A stretch of 64,000 nucleotides of DNA from a virus: IMG/VR virus record IMGVR_UViG_3300042922_000923, positions 1 through 64,000 of that record; one strand, written 5' to 3'. The translations under genes and the position numbers were made by a program. The notes beneath the pieces were generated by a model, which saw only the letters and a program-made list of their open reading frames with translations, ran no database searches and was not told the DNA's origin. Positions 1-9,730 of the stretch are shown piece after piece (position 1 is the stretch's first letter; each line of letters starts with the position of its first letter).

Positions 1-815
1 TCATCGCAAGTTACTTGTTTATTAGGCATAGTCCCAATAACTCTAGTACCATTAATATAAGCTATAGTAGTTGCAAGAATCTGAGATGCTAAAGCATTGG
101 CATCAGCTGTGTCTACCACACTTGCTTTACCAGGAATAGAAAATATGCTTGTATTAGCTTTTATATTTGCAGAAATAAGCTTAGGATCACCAAGTATAAC
201 CTGGTCCTCACCTAGATACTGTTTAGCAGAAATACTCTGATTATACGTAGTTGGAGTATAAGTTTGTCCTAATTTTGTAGGTATTGTTCCAGTTATAGTT
301 GTTCCTGTATCTGTCGTAATTGTAAATGGACTTAGTACTTTATCAGCTGAAGCTGTTACAGTTCCTGAACCACCTCCTTTACCCAACAACTGAAAATTTG
401 TAGCACCTGAGTCGAATCTTAAATTTGCAATAAGGCCACTTCTAATATTAGCTATTCCGTTTCCAAAAAAATCAACAATATTATAAGGTCCTAAATTAGC
501 AGGTAAAATGGTTACAGTTACCGGACTTCCACTAGTACTAGCACTATTAAACTTTAATGTTAAAGGATACCCTTCAATAGACACAAGATCATCAATAGAT
601 TTTATAGTATCAATTTGAACAGAATAAGCATTACCTGCGTTTGTAGTAGGGTATGTTTTTATCATAGACATTAGACTTTCTACTTTTTCAATTTGGTCAT
701 CCAAAGTATCTGAAACAGTTCCTTTTTTATACTCAACACAGTCTGAACTAGTTTCATGATAAATTATATTTCCATTTGCATCTTGAAATTGACCTTTTAA
801 TTTTGATCTAGGCAT
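1..815 (-). CDS. Tail fibre-like protein (partial, runs off the window start)
   Basis: Not in ORF track; read manually: AAGGAGG RBS, ATG at 815, MPRSKLKGQFQDANGNIIYHETSSD...NFQLLGKGGGSG...DADANALASQILATTIAYINGTRVIGTM-type Thr/Gly-rich repeats typical of Firmicutes tail fibres. Confidence 0.7.
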   Translation of the reverse strand, partial: MPRSKLKGQFQDANGNIIYHETSSDCVEYKKGTVSDTLDDQIEKVESLMSMIKTYPTTNAGNAYSVQIDTIKSIDDLVSIEGYPLTLKFNSASTSGSPVTVTILPANLGPYNIVDFFGNGIANIRSGLIANLRFDSGATNFQLLGKGGGSGTVTASADKVLSPFTITTDTGTTITGTIPTKLGQTYTPTTYNQSISAKQYLGEDQVILGDPKLISANIKANTSIFSIPGKASVVDTADANALASQILATTIAYINGTRVIGTMPNKQVTCD

Positions 816-875
816 AGCATTCCCTCCTTTATAGACTATTAATAATATAAACTATGTATCATGTGTGCCTTTAAG

Positions 876-899
876 AAAAAAGAGGTGCAGCTGCACCTC
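876..899 (-). terminator. Rho-independent terminator (GAGGTGCAGCTGCACCTC)
   Basis: Perfect palindrome with U-tract on the minus strand, downstream of ORF 912..1295. Confidence 0.7.
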
Positions 900-911
900 C
901 TATATTTTTAG

Positions 912-1295
912 CTATTTAATTATTTCTATCTCTTGTCCATGATTTTTATATACTGCTTTAGCTCCAGCGAATTGATAAGCATAACACCAGTTTTTAGCAA
1001 CCTCTTCATTGTTATCTAAAATTCTATAATTTATTTTATCGTAGCTACATTTGTCTTCTATTTTATTAACTCTAAAATTAGATTGAGCAATGACATTCTG
1101 TTCTTTAAGTATCCAGTCTGGATCTTCCTCTGCAACTTGTTTTAATGCATCTTCTTCATCTTCAGCATACATTTCAAATGTTTCTTCCATAATAGTAATA
1201 CATTTAACCTGATACCTGTCTACAGTTCTCCTTCCCTTAACAGGAATGTTTTCATTAGATTTATATAAAATATTAAGATTGTTATAAAAAGTCAT
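912..1295 (-). CDS. Hypothetical phage protein
   Basis: 127-aa ORF with GGAGG RBS, in operon. Confidence 0.6.
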   Translation of the reverse strand: MTFYNNLNILYKSNENIPVKGRRTVDRYQVKCITIMEETFEMYAEDEEDALKQVAEEDPDWILKEQNVIAQSNFRVNKIEDKCSYDKINYRILDNNEEVAKNWCYAYQFAGAKAVYKNHGQEIEIIK

Positions 1296-1312
1296 ATAGA
1301 TCCTCCAATATA

Positions 1313-1600
1313 TTACTTATTAAATTTTTCTAATATTTTCAAATAGTCATCTGTAACTTCTATTCCATTGCAGCAAGCCTTGTCACTTGTTAATTCAATG
1401 TCATCTATCCACTCCTTAGATAGTTTGATCCCCTTAGAACATATACACATATCTAAATTCATTGCAATATACTCTTCTGTAGCTTCTGTTACTACTCCAG
1501 TAAAAACGTCACCGTTCCAGAAGCTAATTTTAATTTCTTGACCTTCTTTTACTTCATTTATATTCATAATTTTAGTTCTCCTTATCTGAAATTTTAGCAA
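1313..1600 (-). CDS. Hypothetical phage protein (probable start at MNINEV, 1567)
   Basis: ORF; AAGGAG RBS precedes the internal Met. Confidence 0.6.
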   Translation of the reverse strand: MLKFQIRRTKIMNINEVKEGQEIKISFWNGDVFTGVVTEATEEYIAMNLDMCICSKGIKLSKEWIDDIELTSDKACCNGIEVTDDYLKILEKFNK

Positions 1601-1883
1601 TAAATCTATTATCTGAAGCCTTAGTTATAGTAATAGAGTCACTTGTGGTTTTAACATCAAACTTGCTTAAAATAGAATACATACTATCCATTTCAGCTAA
1701 ATCATGATTAAGTAACTCATGAATCTTTGTAAATTCTTCTTCTCTATTTTGTCTAAATAATGTTCTAATACTATTAATCATAAAAAGTTCTAGTATATCG
1801 GCATGTTCAACTTCTACTGTTGTTAGTACTTTCATAATTTTAATTCTCCCCTTCATGCTTAATTTCTCTAAATGTGAGTCCAA
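1572..1883 (-). CDS. Hypothetical phage protein
   Basis: ORF tightly packed in operon. Confidence 0.55.
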   Translation of the reverse strand: MDSHLEKLSMKGRIKIMKVLTTVEVEHADILELFMINSIRTLFRQNREEEFTKIHELLNHDLAEMDSMYSILSKFDVKTTSDSITITKASDNRFIAKISDKEN

Positions 1884-2247
1884 ATCCCTGATTAATGAAT
1901 CTGTACTCTAAGTTATAACGTCTAAATAGTCTCCTTAATAGAGCATGGCACTTAATAAGGTCTTTAGCTTCTTTCTTAGAAACATCTCCATAGATATCGT
2001 ATATGGAATCAGGATCATTACGAAACATAGTATACGTATCTGCTTCGAGTATCATATTAAATTTATCATTCCACAGCACTTCGCTATTGCATCTATAGTT
2101 ACAGGGATCTTTTGGTGCTTGCCACCCATAGAGGCTACTATAATATTTATCTGGCAGCATTATTCCATAGTAGTCATAGATTCCAAATCTATTAAATATT
2201 TCTATAGTTTCACAAGCTAGATTAGTTAAATTTATATTTTCAAACAT
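1840..2247 (-). CDS. Hypothetical phage protein
   Basis: 135-aa ORF with AAGGAG RBS. Confidence 0.6.
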   Translation of the reverse strand: MFENINLTNLACETIEIFNRFGIYDYYGIMLPDKYYSSLYGWQAPKDPCNYRCNSEVLWNDKFNMILEADTYTMFRNDPDSIYDIYGDVSKKEAKDLIKCHALLRRLFRRYNLEYRFINQGFGLTFREIKHEGEN

Positions 2248-2360
2248 GTATAACTCCTTTTCTCATGTTCCCTCTTTAATTAATTATTTCTTATACCAAC
2301 ATAGTACGTAGAAAACCATAAAATGTTCATAAATTTCATGATATTTATTGAAATTTTGGG

Positions 2361-2391
2361 TAAAAAAATATAAGGTGCAGCTGCACCTTAT
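2361..2391 (-). terminator. Rho-independent terminator (ATAAGGTGCAGCTGCACCTTAT)
   Basis: Perfect palindrome followed by U-tract on the minus strand; same core as 882-899. Confidence 0.7.
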
Positions 2392-2448
2392 CTTAGTGTT
2401 ACGAATTAATCTTCAATTTTTTCATCATAAAATCTTATTCTCATTTAA

Positions 2449-2682
2449 CTAGTCTCCTTCTTTATTTTTTAAAGGACACCATCGAGGACTTGTTTTTAGA
2501 ACTAGAGGACTAAGGGTTGTATTAGTTCCAAACCCTACAAAATTATTTTGAGGAAGTCCATGTTTATCTTTTAACTTATATACTTTAGGCTGATTGCAGT
2601 AATAGTGCTTTCTTCCTATTCTTCCTCGTTGAGATTCCGAGCGACCTTGCACTTCACAAAAGTTGCATTCTTTACATTTCAT
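2449..2682 (-). CDS. Small Cys-rich (Zn-binding) phage protein
   Basis: CKEC...HYYC...KTSPRWCP; paralogous to the N-half of 3918..4331. Confidence 0.6.
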   Translation of the reverse strand: MKCKECNFCEVQGRSESQRGRIGRKHYYCNQPKVYKLKDKHGLPQNNFVGFGTNTTLSPLVLKTSPRWCPLKNKEGD

Positions 2683-3002
2683 TATTCTACCTCACTTTCT
2701 TTATGTTGTTCTGGCTTTACCCACTCAAACCCTTTATATAATTCTCCATATCTTTCTCTTGCAACTGGAAAAGCATCACCATCTGAATCTGTTATATAAT
2801 AATCACATACAATCCATTTAGGCCATGGGTATGGTAAACCTGTTCTATGCTTCATTCGTGGTACTGCATCAATTATTTGACCTTTAAAAAAATTACCAGC
2901 TTTTCCAGTGTATCTAACTTTTAAAACCTCGCCATTATATAAGGTGCTTGACCTTAATTTATCCATTTCTTTTTTATTCATATAATATAGTCTCCTTAGC
3001 AC
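2682..3002 (-). CDS. Hypothetical phage protein
   Basis: ORF overlapping the next start codon. Confidence 0.55.
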   Translation of the reverse strand: MLRRLYYMNKKEMDKLRSSTLYNGEVLKVRYTGKAGNFFKGQIIDAVPRMKHRTGLPYPWPKWIVCDYYITDSDGDAFPVARERYGELYKGFEWVKPEQHKESEVE

Positions 3003-3041
3003 AATGATACTTGTATGCTATATTTTAGTAAGATACTATTT

Positions 3042-3863
3042 CTATTCTATCTTATTTAATTTTGCATATTTACCATATAACTCTAACGCTTTTTGATTGT
3101 ATGCTATGCCAGCCTCTTTTTCAGTTTTAAATATCTCAGATTTATACTCTACACGTTGCTTTTGTATCCTTGCTACGTAGCCACCTTTAATCTTATAGAC
3201 ACCTACGTATTTCTTATTACTTTTCTTTACTCCTTGATTAACTTTAGACACTATCTCATGCATTTCTTCCCCATACTTGTCTAATACTTTGTTATATGCT
3301 TCTAGTTGTTCATCTAGTGTTCCAAGTTCATTTAGTATACCTTTGTACAGAGATATATCTGTTATATTTTCATATTTGATTTTTAACATATTATATATAA
3401 CCGCTGATTCGTAATCAAATTCTGTATATGCTGATATCTTTTTCCCTTTGGGGGTAGTATATTCCATTCGGAATTTTCTACCCTTTTTCTTATTTATAGT
3501 AACACCAGTGTATCCTGTTTGTGTTTTTGAGTATTGTATTTGTATATCTGACTGTCTCCCATTTATTAAATTTTCAAGGCGATAATCATATTCATCCATA
3601 TTTTTAAATACTATTAGTTTATAACCAAGTATTTTTGCTATATATGCTCTTACCGTTGTTGATTTATATTTTCCATCGGAGTCTTTAAATGTTAGGTGTA
3701 TCTCATTACGTGTGTCACCCTTATAAGGTTTTATAAGTAAGCTTATTGATTTATTTTCAAGTGCATTATTTATTTCTTCCGAATCTGTTTTTATAACTTT
3801 ATCAGTATTTTTTATTTTTATACTATACATACCTTCTAACCTCCATATTTTATAAGTGACCAC
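3042..3863 (-). CDS. AP2-domain protein with degenerate HNH module
   Basis: FKNMDEYDYRLENL (HNH-like), GYTGV and KYVGV...YVARI...FKTEKEAGIAYNQKALELYGKYAKLN (AP2). Confidence 0.75.
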   Translation of the reverse strand: MVTYKIWRLEGMYSIKIKNTDKVIKTDSEEINNALENKSISLLIKPYKGDTRNEIHLTFKDSDGKYKSTTVRAYIAKILGYKLIVFKNMDEYDYRLENLINGRQSDIQIQYSKTQTGYTGVTINKKKGRKFRMEYTTPKGKKISAYTEFDYESAVIYNMLKIKYENITDISLYKGILNELGTLDEQLEAYNKVLDKYGEEMHEIVSKVNQGVKKSNKKYVGVYKIKGGYVARIQKQRVEYKSEIFKTEKEAGIAYNQKALELYGKYAKLNKIE

Positions 3864-3917
3864 ATATTATTCTCTATAAAATCTTCACTTTACTACATAA
3901 TTTTTTAGTATTGCGCA

Positions 3918-4331
3918 TTATGCCTGTAGTTTAACTGCTCTAAATTTATAATTATTAAATTCCATTTCACTTGCTTTAAAAGCCTTTGATTGACTTGAAT
4001 AAACTTTTGCTTTTTTAATATCCGCATCTACAATAGCATATCTATTGCCTTGAAATATGAAACTTTTACCTATATAATATCCATCTGAAAATGGATTTGA
4101 AGTAGTTTCTTCCGCTTTTAATACGTATTGTTCTTTTTGTACATTCTCCGCAATATCTATATTCCTTTTAGGACACCATTGAGGGCTTGTTTTATATTCA
4201 CTTGATTTTATGAAACTTCCTATACTTAATTTTGATGGTTCATGGCAATAGTGTCTTTCCTTATCCCATCCTTTTTGACTTTTATATTTGTGATATTCAC
4301 ATTCTTTGCATTTAGGTATTTTACTGTTCAA
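3918..4331 (-). CDS. Cys-rich hypothetical phage protein
   Basis: CKECEYH...HYC...KTSPQWCP plus C-terminal domain. Confidence 0.6.
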   Translation of the reverse strand: MNSKIPKCKECEYHKYKSQKGWDKERHYCHEPSKLSIGSFIKSSEYKTSPQWCPKRNIDIAENVQKEQYVLKAEETTSNPFSDGYYIGKSFIFQGNRYAIVDADIKKAKVYSSQSKAFKASEMEFNNYKFRAVKLQA

Positions 4332-4376
4332 AATCCTCTCACCTCACTTTACTACGTCAAATCTACAGATTACCTA

Positions 4377-4745
4377 TCAATTATGACTTATGATTCTGTT
4401 TTCTGCTGTTTCACTCCATAGAGGAATAGCATTATCTTTATGGTTAGTTATAACCCAACAACCCTCTAGCATTTCAACTTCTCCAGTAAAGTCTGTGTCA
4501 TCACCTGTAACTGTTCCTATTTGATGGACTGTCATTCCTTCAAATATTTTCTCACCAGCAACGGTTTTAGAGTCTGTAAGCTGTCCTATGCTATCTTCAT
4601 CGACTTCTATATAAACAGGATTATCTACACTGATTCTTGGGTTTATATAGTATCTAGTCTTTTCATAAAGTGAGTCCACATGTAGAGATCCTAGTCTCCA
4701 TATACCTAGTTCTTTATCTTTTCCTCTAAATAATATTTCTCTCAT
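4377..4745 (-). CDS. YopX family protein
   Basis: MREILFRGK...W..G.L...V..DSIGQLT...G.KIFEG signature. Confidence 0.85.
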   Translation of the reverse strand: MREILFRGKDKELGIWRLGSLHVDSLYEKTRYYINPRISVDNPVYIEVDEDSIGQLTDSKTVAGEKIFEGMTVHQIGTVTGDDTDFTGEVEMLEGCWVITNHKDNAIPLWSETAENRIISHN

Positions 4746-4782
4746 TTAAAACACCCTTTCTATTATATCTTAGTATTGTGAA

Positions 4783-5064
4783 CTATTTCCTTTCTTCTGG
4801 TTTTCCACAATATCTACAATGATCTTCATCATAACTTCCATCTTCTTGTTCATAATCACATTCTCGTGTTGGTGATGTTGGACAATACCAATCAAATTCT
4901 TTATTGCAAATTTTGCACTTAGCAGTACCCCACGAGTTAACTGTAATATTCTCATGACCACATGCTGACTGAATAACTTCAATTTTATTTTTAGCATCTG
5001 CAATAGTTTTATAAGCATCGTCAATAGACTTTCTCAATAACTTTATATGTTCTTTTATTTCCAT
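4783..5064 (-). CDS. Cys-rich hypothetical phage protein
   Basis: CKIC...WYCPTSP...C.Y...CRYCGKPEERK; RBS present. Confidence 0.65.
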   Translation of the reverse strand: MEIKEHIKLLRKSIDDAYKTIADAKNKIEVIQSACGHENITVNSWGTAKCKICNKEFDWYCPTSPTRECDYEQEDGSYDEDHCRYCGKPEERK

Positions 5065-5085
5065 TTAAAACACCCTTTCTATTTT

Positions 5086-5184
5086 TCATTTAGCTAAACT
5101 TAAGATAATTAAGGTTCCCATAGTATATATACTTACCATTATTAGTGAACTTATTACAATGTATTGTTTAGTATCCCTCTGCAT
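5086..5184 (-). CDS. 32-aa hydrophobic peptide
   Basis: MQRDTKQYIVISSLMVSIYTMGTLIILSLAK, with GGGGTG RBS; below ORF-track cutoff. Confidence 0.45.
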   Translation of the reverse strand: MQRDTKQYIVISSLIMVSIYTMGTLIILSLAK

Positions 5185-5206
5185 AAATTCCACCCCTATA
5201 AATTTA

Positions 5207-6013
5207 TTATTTAACCTTGTATCTACCTGCTTCTTTCTTTCCTTTTCCTTTTACAAAGCTGTCTATCCATCTAATTAAACCACTAGCATAAAATCTATAA
5301 TGCCCTGCTACTCCCCAGGATTCTGTATGTCTCATATAAGAGATAAAAGACTTTATATTAGTAGTTGAAGCTGTAAAAACATAAACAACTTTGTCATCAT
5401 TTATAACCTGTACCTTTTTAGTTCTAGAAGCAATTTTCTTCTTATTAGGATCTACCTTATACTTCATACCACCAGCTTCCTTGTATACTGTTTCTCTATC
5501 CATTTGAATTAAGGATATGTACATTAATGAAAATAATGCCAAACAACTTAATCTAGTTGATAAGGATTTAGCTACTTTTTGTCTATATTCATCTAGCATA
5601 GTTCCAATAACAGGGTTTTTAGTTTCTTCAGTATATACTAAAGGTTTGACAGCAGGCTTATATTTTGAGATATCAATATTTGCTGCGCAAAGTCCTACCG
5701 TTGTACCTATAGCATCTACGTTCATAGTAGCTTCTATATGAAACTTTGGAAATTCCCCTGTGTCATCTACTTTAAAATAAATATAATTCTTACATGTACC
5801 AGAAAACATAAAACTAGGTAATTCTATATTATCCATCATGTCTTCCCTTAAAATTAATACACCTTCCTTAATAGGAAAATTAAATGAATCTACAAGAACA
5901 TCTTTTTTTGAATCCACGTAGTCTTGTATATCTTGTATACTCTTACTTGTTAGGTCAATAGTTGAATAACCCCTAAGTTCTGCTAATGATTTAAACTTTC
6001 CATCAAATTTCAT
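5207..6013 (-). CDS. Hypothetical phage protein with C-terminal W-x-V-x-GH-x-R motif
   Basis: 268 aa; WGVAGHYR...WIDSFVKG; has its own sigma-A-like promoter. Confidence 0.6.
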   Translation of the reverse strand: MKFDGKFKSLAELRGYSTIDLTSKSIQDIQDYVDSKKDVLVDSFNFPIKEGVLILREDMMDNIELPSFMFSGTCKNYIYFKVDDTGEFPKFHIEATMNVDAIGTTVGLCAANIDISKYKPAVKPLVYTEETKNPVIGTMLDEYRQKVAKSLSTRLSCLALFSLMYISLIQMDRETVYKEAGGMKYKVDPNKKKIASRTKKVQVINDDKVVYVFTASTTNIKSFISYMRHTESWGVAGHYRFYASGLIRWIDSFVKGKGKKEAGRYKVK

Positions 6014-6043
6014 TTATTTATCACTCTCTCTTTCATTAACTAT

Positions 6044-6072
6044 ATTATACCCAAAGTTACACGTAAGTGCAA
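6044..6072 (-). promoter_or_regulatory. Sigma-A-like promoter TTGCAC-N17-TATAAT containing a 16-bp operator
   Basis: Minus strand TTGCACttacgtgtaactttgggTATAAT. Confidence 0.65.
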
Positions 6073-6222
6073 TACCTTTTTATAAACTTTTTTAATAAAT
6101 TTTGGAATTTTTTAATAGTATCTTGAATCAAGCACAATCTTAATCTTAGCATAGTTTAGTTTACATAACTTTTACTATGTATAGACCTTTAGAAAAGAAT
6201 AAAGAGGTTGTACCTCTTTAAT

Positions 6223-8664
6223 TCATTTAGTATTGCTTTCTACCTCCTTAGCATTTTTAATAACCAGAGCTTTAGCTTCTTTGCTTTTGTTACGCTCAAC
6301 AGTATCTAAATATTTTGGTGGAAGTTTTGTAATAAACCTAGCAAATCCATCATTACACTTTATTAGGTTTAAACTGCTATATCTAGGCAATGTAAGTAGA
6401 TCCTCTAGTTCAAATGGTGCTAGTTCCTCTTTTAATTCATCATAGTTTGCCTTATCACAGCCACTTACCATGACGTAGCTTGTGTTAGCATTTTTAAGCT
6501 CTGGTCTAATATACTTAATTTGTTCTAAGCTGTGGCATGAGATAATAGGCTTACAAGTCTTCTTAGCAATTCTATTAATATGCTTCTTGAGAAGTGATTG
6601 ACAATCAGGTATTTGATATAATTCATCAAAAATTATATTAACTTTAGTTCTTTCATGCTCTGGAATATTAACATGTCTTATTTGTAGTGCACCAAGTATC
6701 TTTGTTAACCAGTAAGTGCAATAAACATCACGCTCTGGATCTGTAGGGAACATTTCCTCTGGCATACGTAAACAGATTAGTTGAGGCTTTTGCATTTCTA
6801 TAACTAAATCTATATTATTAGTACAATCCTTTTTAAGCATTAATTCTGTATAAGTGTTGTCTTTAATAGCATCAATTCTATTTAGAATACCTTGTATTTT
6901 AGTACCCTGAGTTCCTATAATTTGTGGAGGATTATCTTTAGTTCCATTAGACCATTTATCTAATTCTTCTAGATATCCAAGGTATTCCTCCAAATTCTCT
7001 AGCTGATTCTGTGGAACTTTTTCAATATAGTCATGTCTTTTTACATGATTCTCTAGAACTCCAAATACATCTTTAATTGGACCATTATTAATAAAAACTA
7101 CATAAGAGGCTGCTTTTAAGTACCTCTTCATTTGTGGTTCTAATTTAGTATCTGCATTTATAGAATCAATAAATGTTACTAACTGTTGAGCTTTCATTTT
7201 GGTACATTTATATACCTCAAACATGCTATCATTCTTAGGCTTAATTTCATTATATCCTAACCCTTGTAACTGCTCATATTTAGAACAATCTATGCTAAGA
7301 ACTTTATTTTTTGGGACATGCTTTGAAATTTCATCAGATACTTCACAATTACCACAAAAATCAAAGTTTATTACTGTCTCATTTGCTAATACTGCATCCT
7401 CAACTAAATGACAGATTAGATTAGTTTTTCCTGCTCTAGTTGGCCCTATGATACACAAAGTTAAATTTCTATAGTCAAAGTCAGTAGATAAATAAGCTTT
7501 AGTTGGAAATCCATGATATACATTGGTTCCAATACACATAACTCCCTCTTTAAGTTCATCTGGAACCTGTGTTTCTGTATTATTTATTGCAGTTATTTTA
7601 CCGTATTCAGATAGAATACTTCTTCCCGGGATCTGTAAAAACTCTGCTGCTTCATTTATACTCATAGTGTTCATTTGAATGTTAGGCCAAATATCTTCTA
7701 CAAATAATTTTTTCATCTTTTTTCTTGAATATATAAGCTCATTATTAGCTTCTTGTCCCATTACTCCAAAACCATGACAAGCACTTATAGCATTGTCTCT
7801 ACGTCTGTCTCTATCTTTAGAATCAGAAATCACTGCAATTTGAGTATTTATAACATCTAAATCTTTTTTATCTGTCGTAGCCTTTTGTAGCTTTTTACGC
7901 TCTTCACATAAGCTATTTATATCGGCCCATAGCGAATCAGCTGCTTTTTCCTGACTTCCTCCTGTGAAGTCATCAAGTACCTTTAGAAAATCTGAAAAAA
8001 GTTTTGCTGAAGTTAATACTGTAGATTTTGCTATATATTCTAGTGAAGTTTGTTTCTTATCAACAACTTTGAGATCATCTATTTTTCTCATTGTCCTATT
8101 GTACGTAGTTTGCCAACCAAATTGGCTACGAGGTATAAAATTATACACAATAGCAACTCTATCATCTTCTTTCATAATATCTATTACACTTAATATACTT
8201 CTAAGTGGTTCTATGGTCCTTTGGTCTGTATGAAGAGAAAGTGCATCCTCCTTTTTGTAAGCCATTTGATATACTTCAATGTCATTTGAAAAAGGTTTTA
8301 TTTTTTCATCTAATATTTTAACTGTAGCTCTAGGCCAGATTAATTTAACTTTATCCTCTAGCTGTTTTTCAAACCGTTCTGGAACAATAAAATAAAAGCT
8401 TGCATTACCATTTTGTATATCCATCATAAATGATATTTTATAGCTAGTTTCAAATTTTATCTTCTTTCGTTCTCTTTGAATACGCTTATCTAAGGATCTA
8501 TAAGTGTGAGCTATAGCCTTTGCAAGTGGTATACTATTAAATTCGCCTATAGACTTATGAGTTATAATTTGAAGATACTTATAGTTTGGATTAACTAGTT
8601 CAAAATAGTCTGATAACTTTATAGAACGCTCTTTTTTAAATATAGCTGCTGGAGAGAAATTCAT
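6223..8664 (-). CDS. VirB4/VirD4(TraG)/HerA-class P-loop ATPase
   Basis: 813 aa; Walker A IIGPTRAGKT, Walker B IIFDE, SCHSLEQ motif, C-terminal LPRY...FITKLPP. Confidence 0.75.
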   Translation of the reverse strand: MNFSPAAIFKKERSIKLSDYFELVNPNYKYLQIITHKSIGEFNSIPLAKAIAHTYRSLDKRIQRERKKIKFETSYKISFMMDIQNGNASFYFIVPERFEKQLEDKVKLIWPRATVKILDEKIKPFSNDIEVYQMAYKKEDALSLHTDQRTIEPLRSILSVIDIMKEDDRVAIVYNFIPRSQFGWQTTYNRTMRKIDDLKVVDKKQTSLEYIAKSTVLTSAKLFSDFLKVLDDFTGGSQEKAADSLWADINSLCEERKKLQKATTDKKDLDVINTQIAVISDSKDRDRRRDNAISACHGFGVMGQEANNELIYSRKKMKKLFVEDIWPNIQMNTMSINEAAEFLQIPGRSILSEYGKITAINNTETQVPDELKEGVMCIGTNVYHGFPTKAYLSTDFDYRNLTLCIIGPTRAGKTNLICHLVEDAVLANETVINFDFCGNCEVSDEISKHVPKNKVLSIDCSKYEQLQGLGYNEIKPKNDSMFEVYKCTKMKAQQLVTFIDSINADTKLEPQMKRYLKAASYVVFINNGPIKDVFGVLENHVKRHDYIEKVPQNQLENLEEYLGYLEELDKWSNGTKDNPPQIIGTQGTKIQGILNRIDAIKDNTYTELMLKKDCTNNIDLVIEMQKPQLICLRMPEEMFPTDPERDVYCTYWLTKILGALQIRHVNIPEHERTKVNIIFDELYQIPDCQSLLKKHINRIAKKTCKPIISCHSLEQIKYIRPELKNANTSYVMVSGCDKANYDELKEELAPFELEDLLTLPRYSSLNLIKCNDGFARFITKLPPKYLDTVERNKSKEAKALVIKNAKEVESNTK

Positions 8665-8921
8665 TATAAAACCTCCTTTATAGCTCTTAATATAAAGAAT
8701 ATTGCTACAGATAACGTTGAATACTTAGCAGCCTTTTTCTGGCCACACATGTAGCATAGAAGGGATATTAAACAAACTAGTAAGCATATCCAATAAGAAT
8801 TATCTATAACACCTATTAGGATTCCCCTAAGCACATCTCCTATGACACCTTGTATCCAGCTTACAACTCGTTCCTTACTTGCCTCTAATGCCTCTGATGC
8901 TGTTTTTACTACAACTTCCAT
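8664..8921 (-). CDS. Small membrane protein (VirB3-like position)
   Basis: Two hydrophobic helices; overlaps ATPase start. Confidence 0.55.
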   Translation of the reverse strand: MEVVVKTASEALEASKERVVSWIQGVIGDVLRGILIGVIDNSYWICLLVCLISLLCYMCGQKKAAKYSTLSVAIFFILRAIKEVL

Positions 8922-8932
8922 ATCTGCACCTC

Positions 8933-9370
8933 CTAAAATGTTTCATCTATAAGATTAAATAGCCAAGGAATTAATTTAACAACTAAATAAGCAATCAAAT
9001 ATTTCATACCTATTTGTGGAATTTCTTCTCTTCTCTTAGCAATTAGGCTTTTTCCAATCTCTAGGATACATGCTATTATACAAATCTTACCTATACTGAA
9101 TTGGAGAATAGTAATTATTTTTGAACTAGCAGCACCGACTCTTCCCATTGCCTCAGCTGCACTTTTATCTTCTGCAAAAGCCTGAACACACATCATTGAT
9201 AATGCTAAGGAGAAAACACACACTTTTCTAAGATTCTCATTCTTTAATATTTTACCTGCAATATCCTCATACTTCTTAACATTTTTATCTCTTATTATTT
9301 CATTAAGGGTAACATTTCCTCTTTCCATTTCAAAAAATTCATTGAAGCTCATTGTTAATGCTGTACTCAT
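8933..9370 (-). CDS. VirB2/TrbC pilin-like membrane protein
   Basis: Leader motif, hydrophobic segment ending AFA, two further helices (KYLIAYLVVKLIPWLF). Confidence 0.55.
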   Translation of the reverse strand: MSTALTMSFNEFFEMERGNVTLNEIIRDKNVKKYEDIAGKILKNENLRKVCVFSLALSMMCVQAFAEDKSAAEAMGRVGAASSKIITILQFSIGKICIIACILEIGKSLIAKRREEIPQIGMKYLIAYLVVKLIPWLFNLIDETF

Positions 9371-9385
9371 AATTTCAAACTCCCC

Positions 9386-9718
9386 CTATAATATTGCTGT
9401 AAACAGCTTATATCCAAATTTTATAGTTTCAGTTGTTAATTTATAAAGAAGATCAAAACCTTCTTTTAATAATTCCTTTTGAGCTTCAGGTGAACTATCT
9501 CTAGCAAAAACCTGTGCTGTTTCAGATGGTGTAATCAAGTAATAACTTGATATAGTTCCTGCTATAATGGTAATAGCTACAAGTTTACTTGCTTGCTCTG
9601 GAGTAAGGTGTGGTACATTGTCTAGAAAACTTCCTGAATCCTTTAAATCACTATACTTAATTTCGTTCCTTTGAACTTTCATAAAATCATGAATACTCAT
9701 TGTAATCTCTTTTTTCAT
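9386..9718 (-). CDS. Membrane protein with shared TMSxxxF..RG leader
   Basis: Paralogous N-terminus, one TM helix, VFA motif. Confidence 0.6.
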   Translation of the reverse strand: MKKEITMSIHDFMKVQRNEIKYSDLKDSGSFLDNVPHLTPEQASKLVAITIIAGTISSYYLITPSETAQVFARDSSPEAQKELLKEGFDLLYKLTTETIKFGYKLFTAIL

Positions 9719-9730
9719 AACTTCTTCTCC

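Noticed and set aside
1945-2220. Plus-strand ORFs in the track overlapping minus-strand genes (e.g. 1945, 5517, 7964, 26826, 46635, 51792) and minus-strand ORFs inside sbcC/sbcD
   Set aside because: Antisense shadows of well-supported genes, without RBS and with Ser/Phe/Ile-rich composition
4770-5024. 84-aa minus-strand ORF
   Set aside because: Alternative frame inside 4783..5064, which has the RBS and a coherent Cys motif
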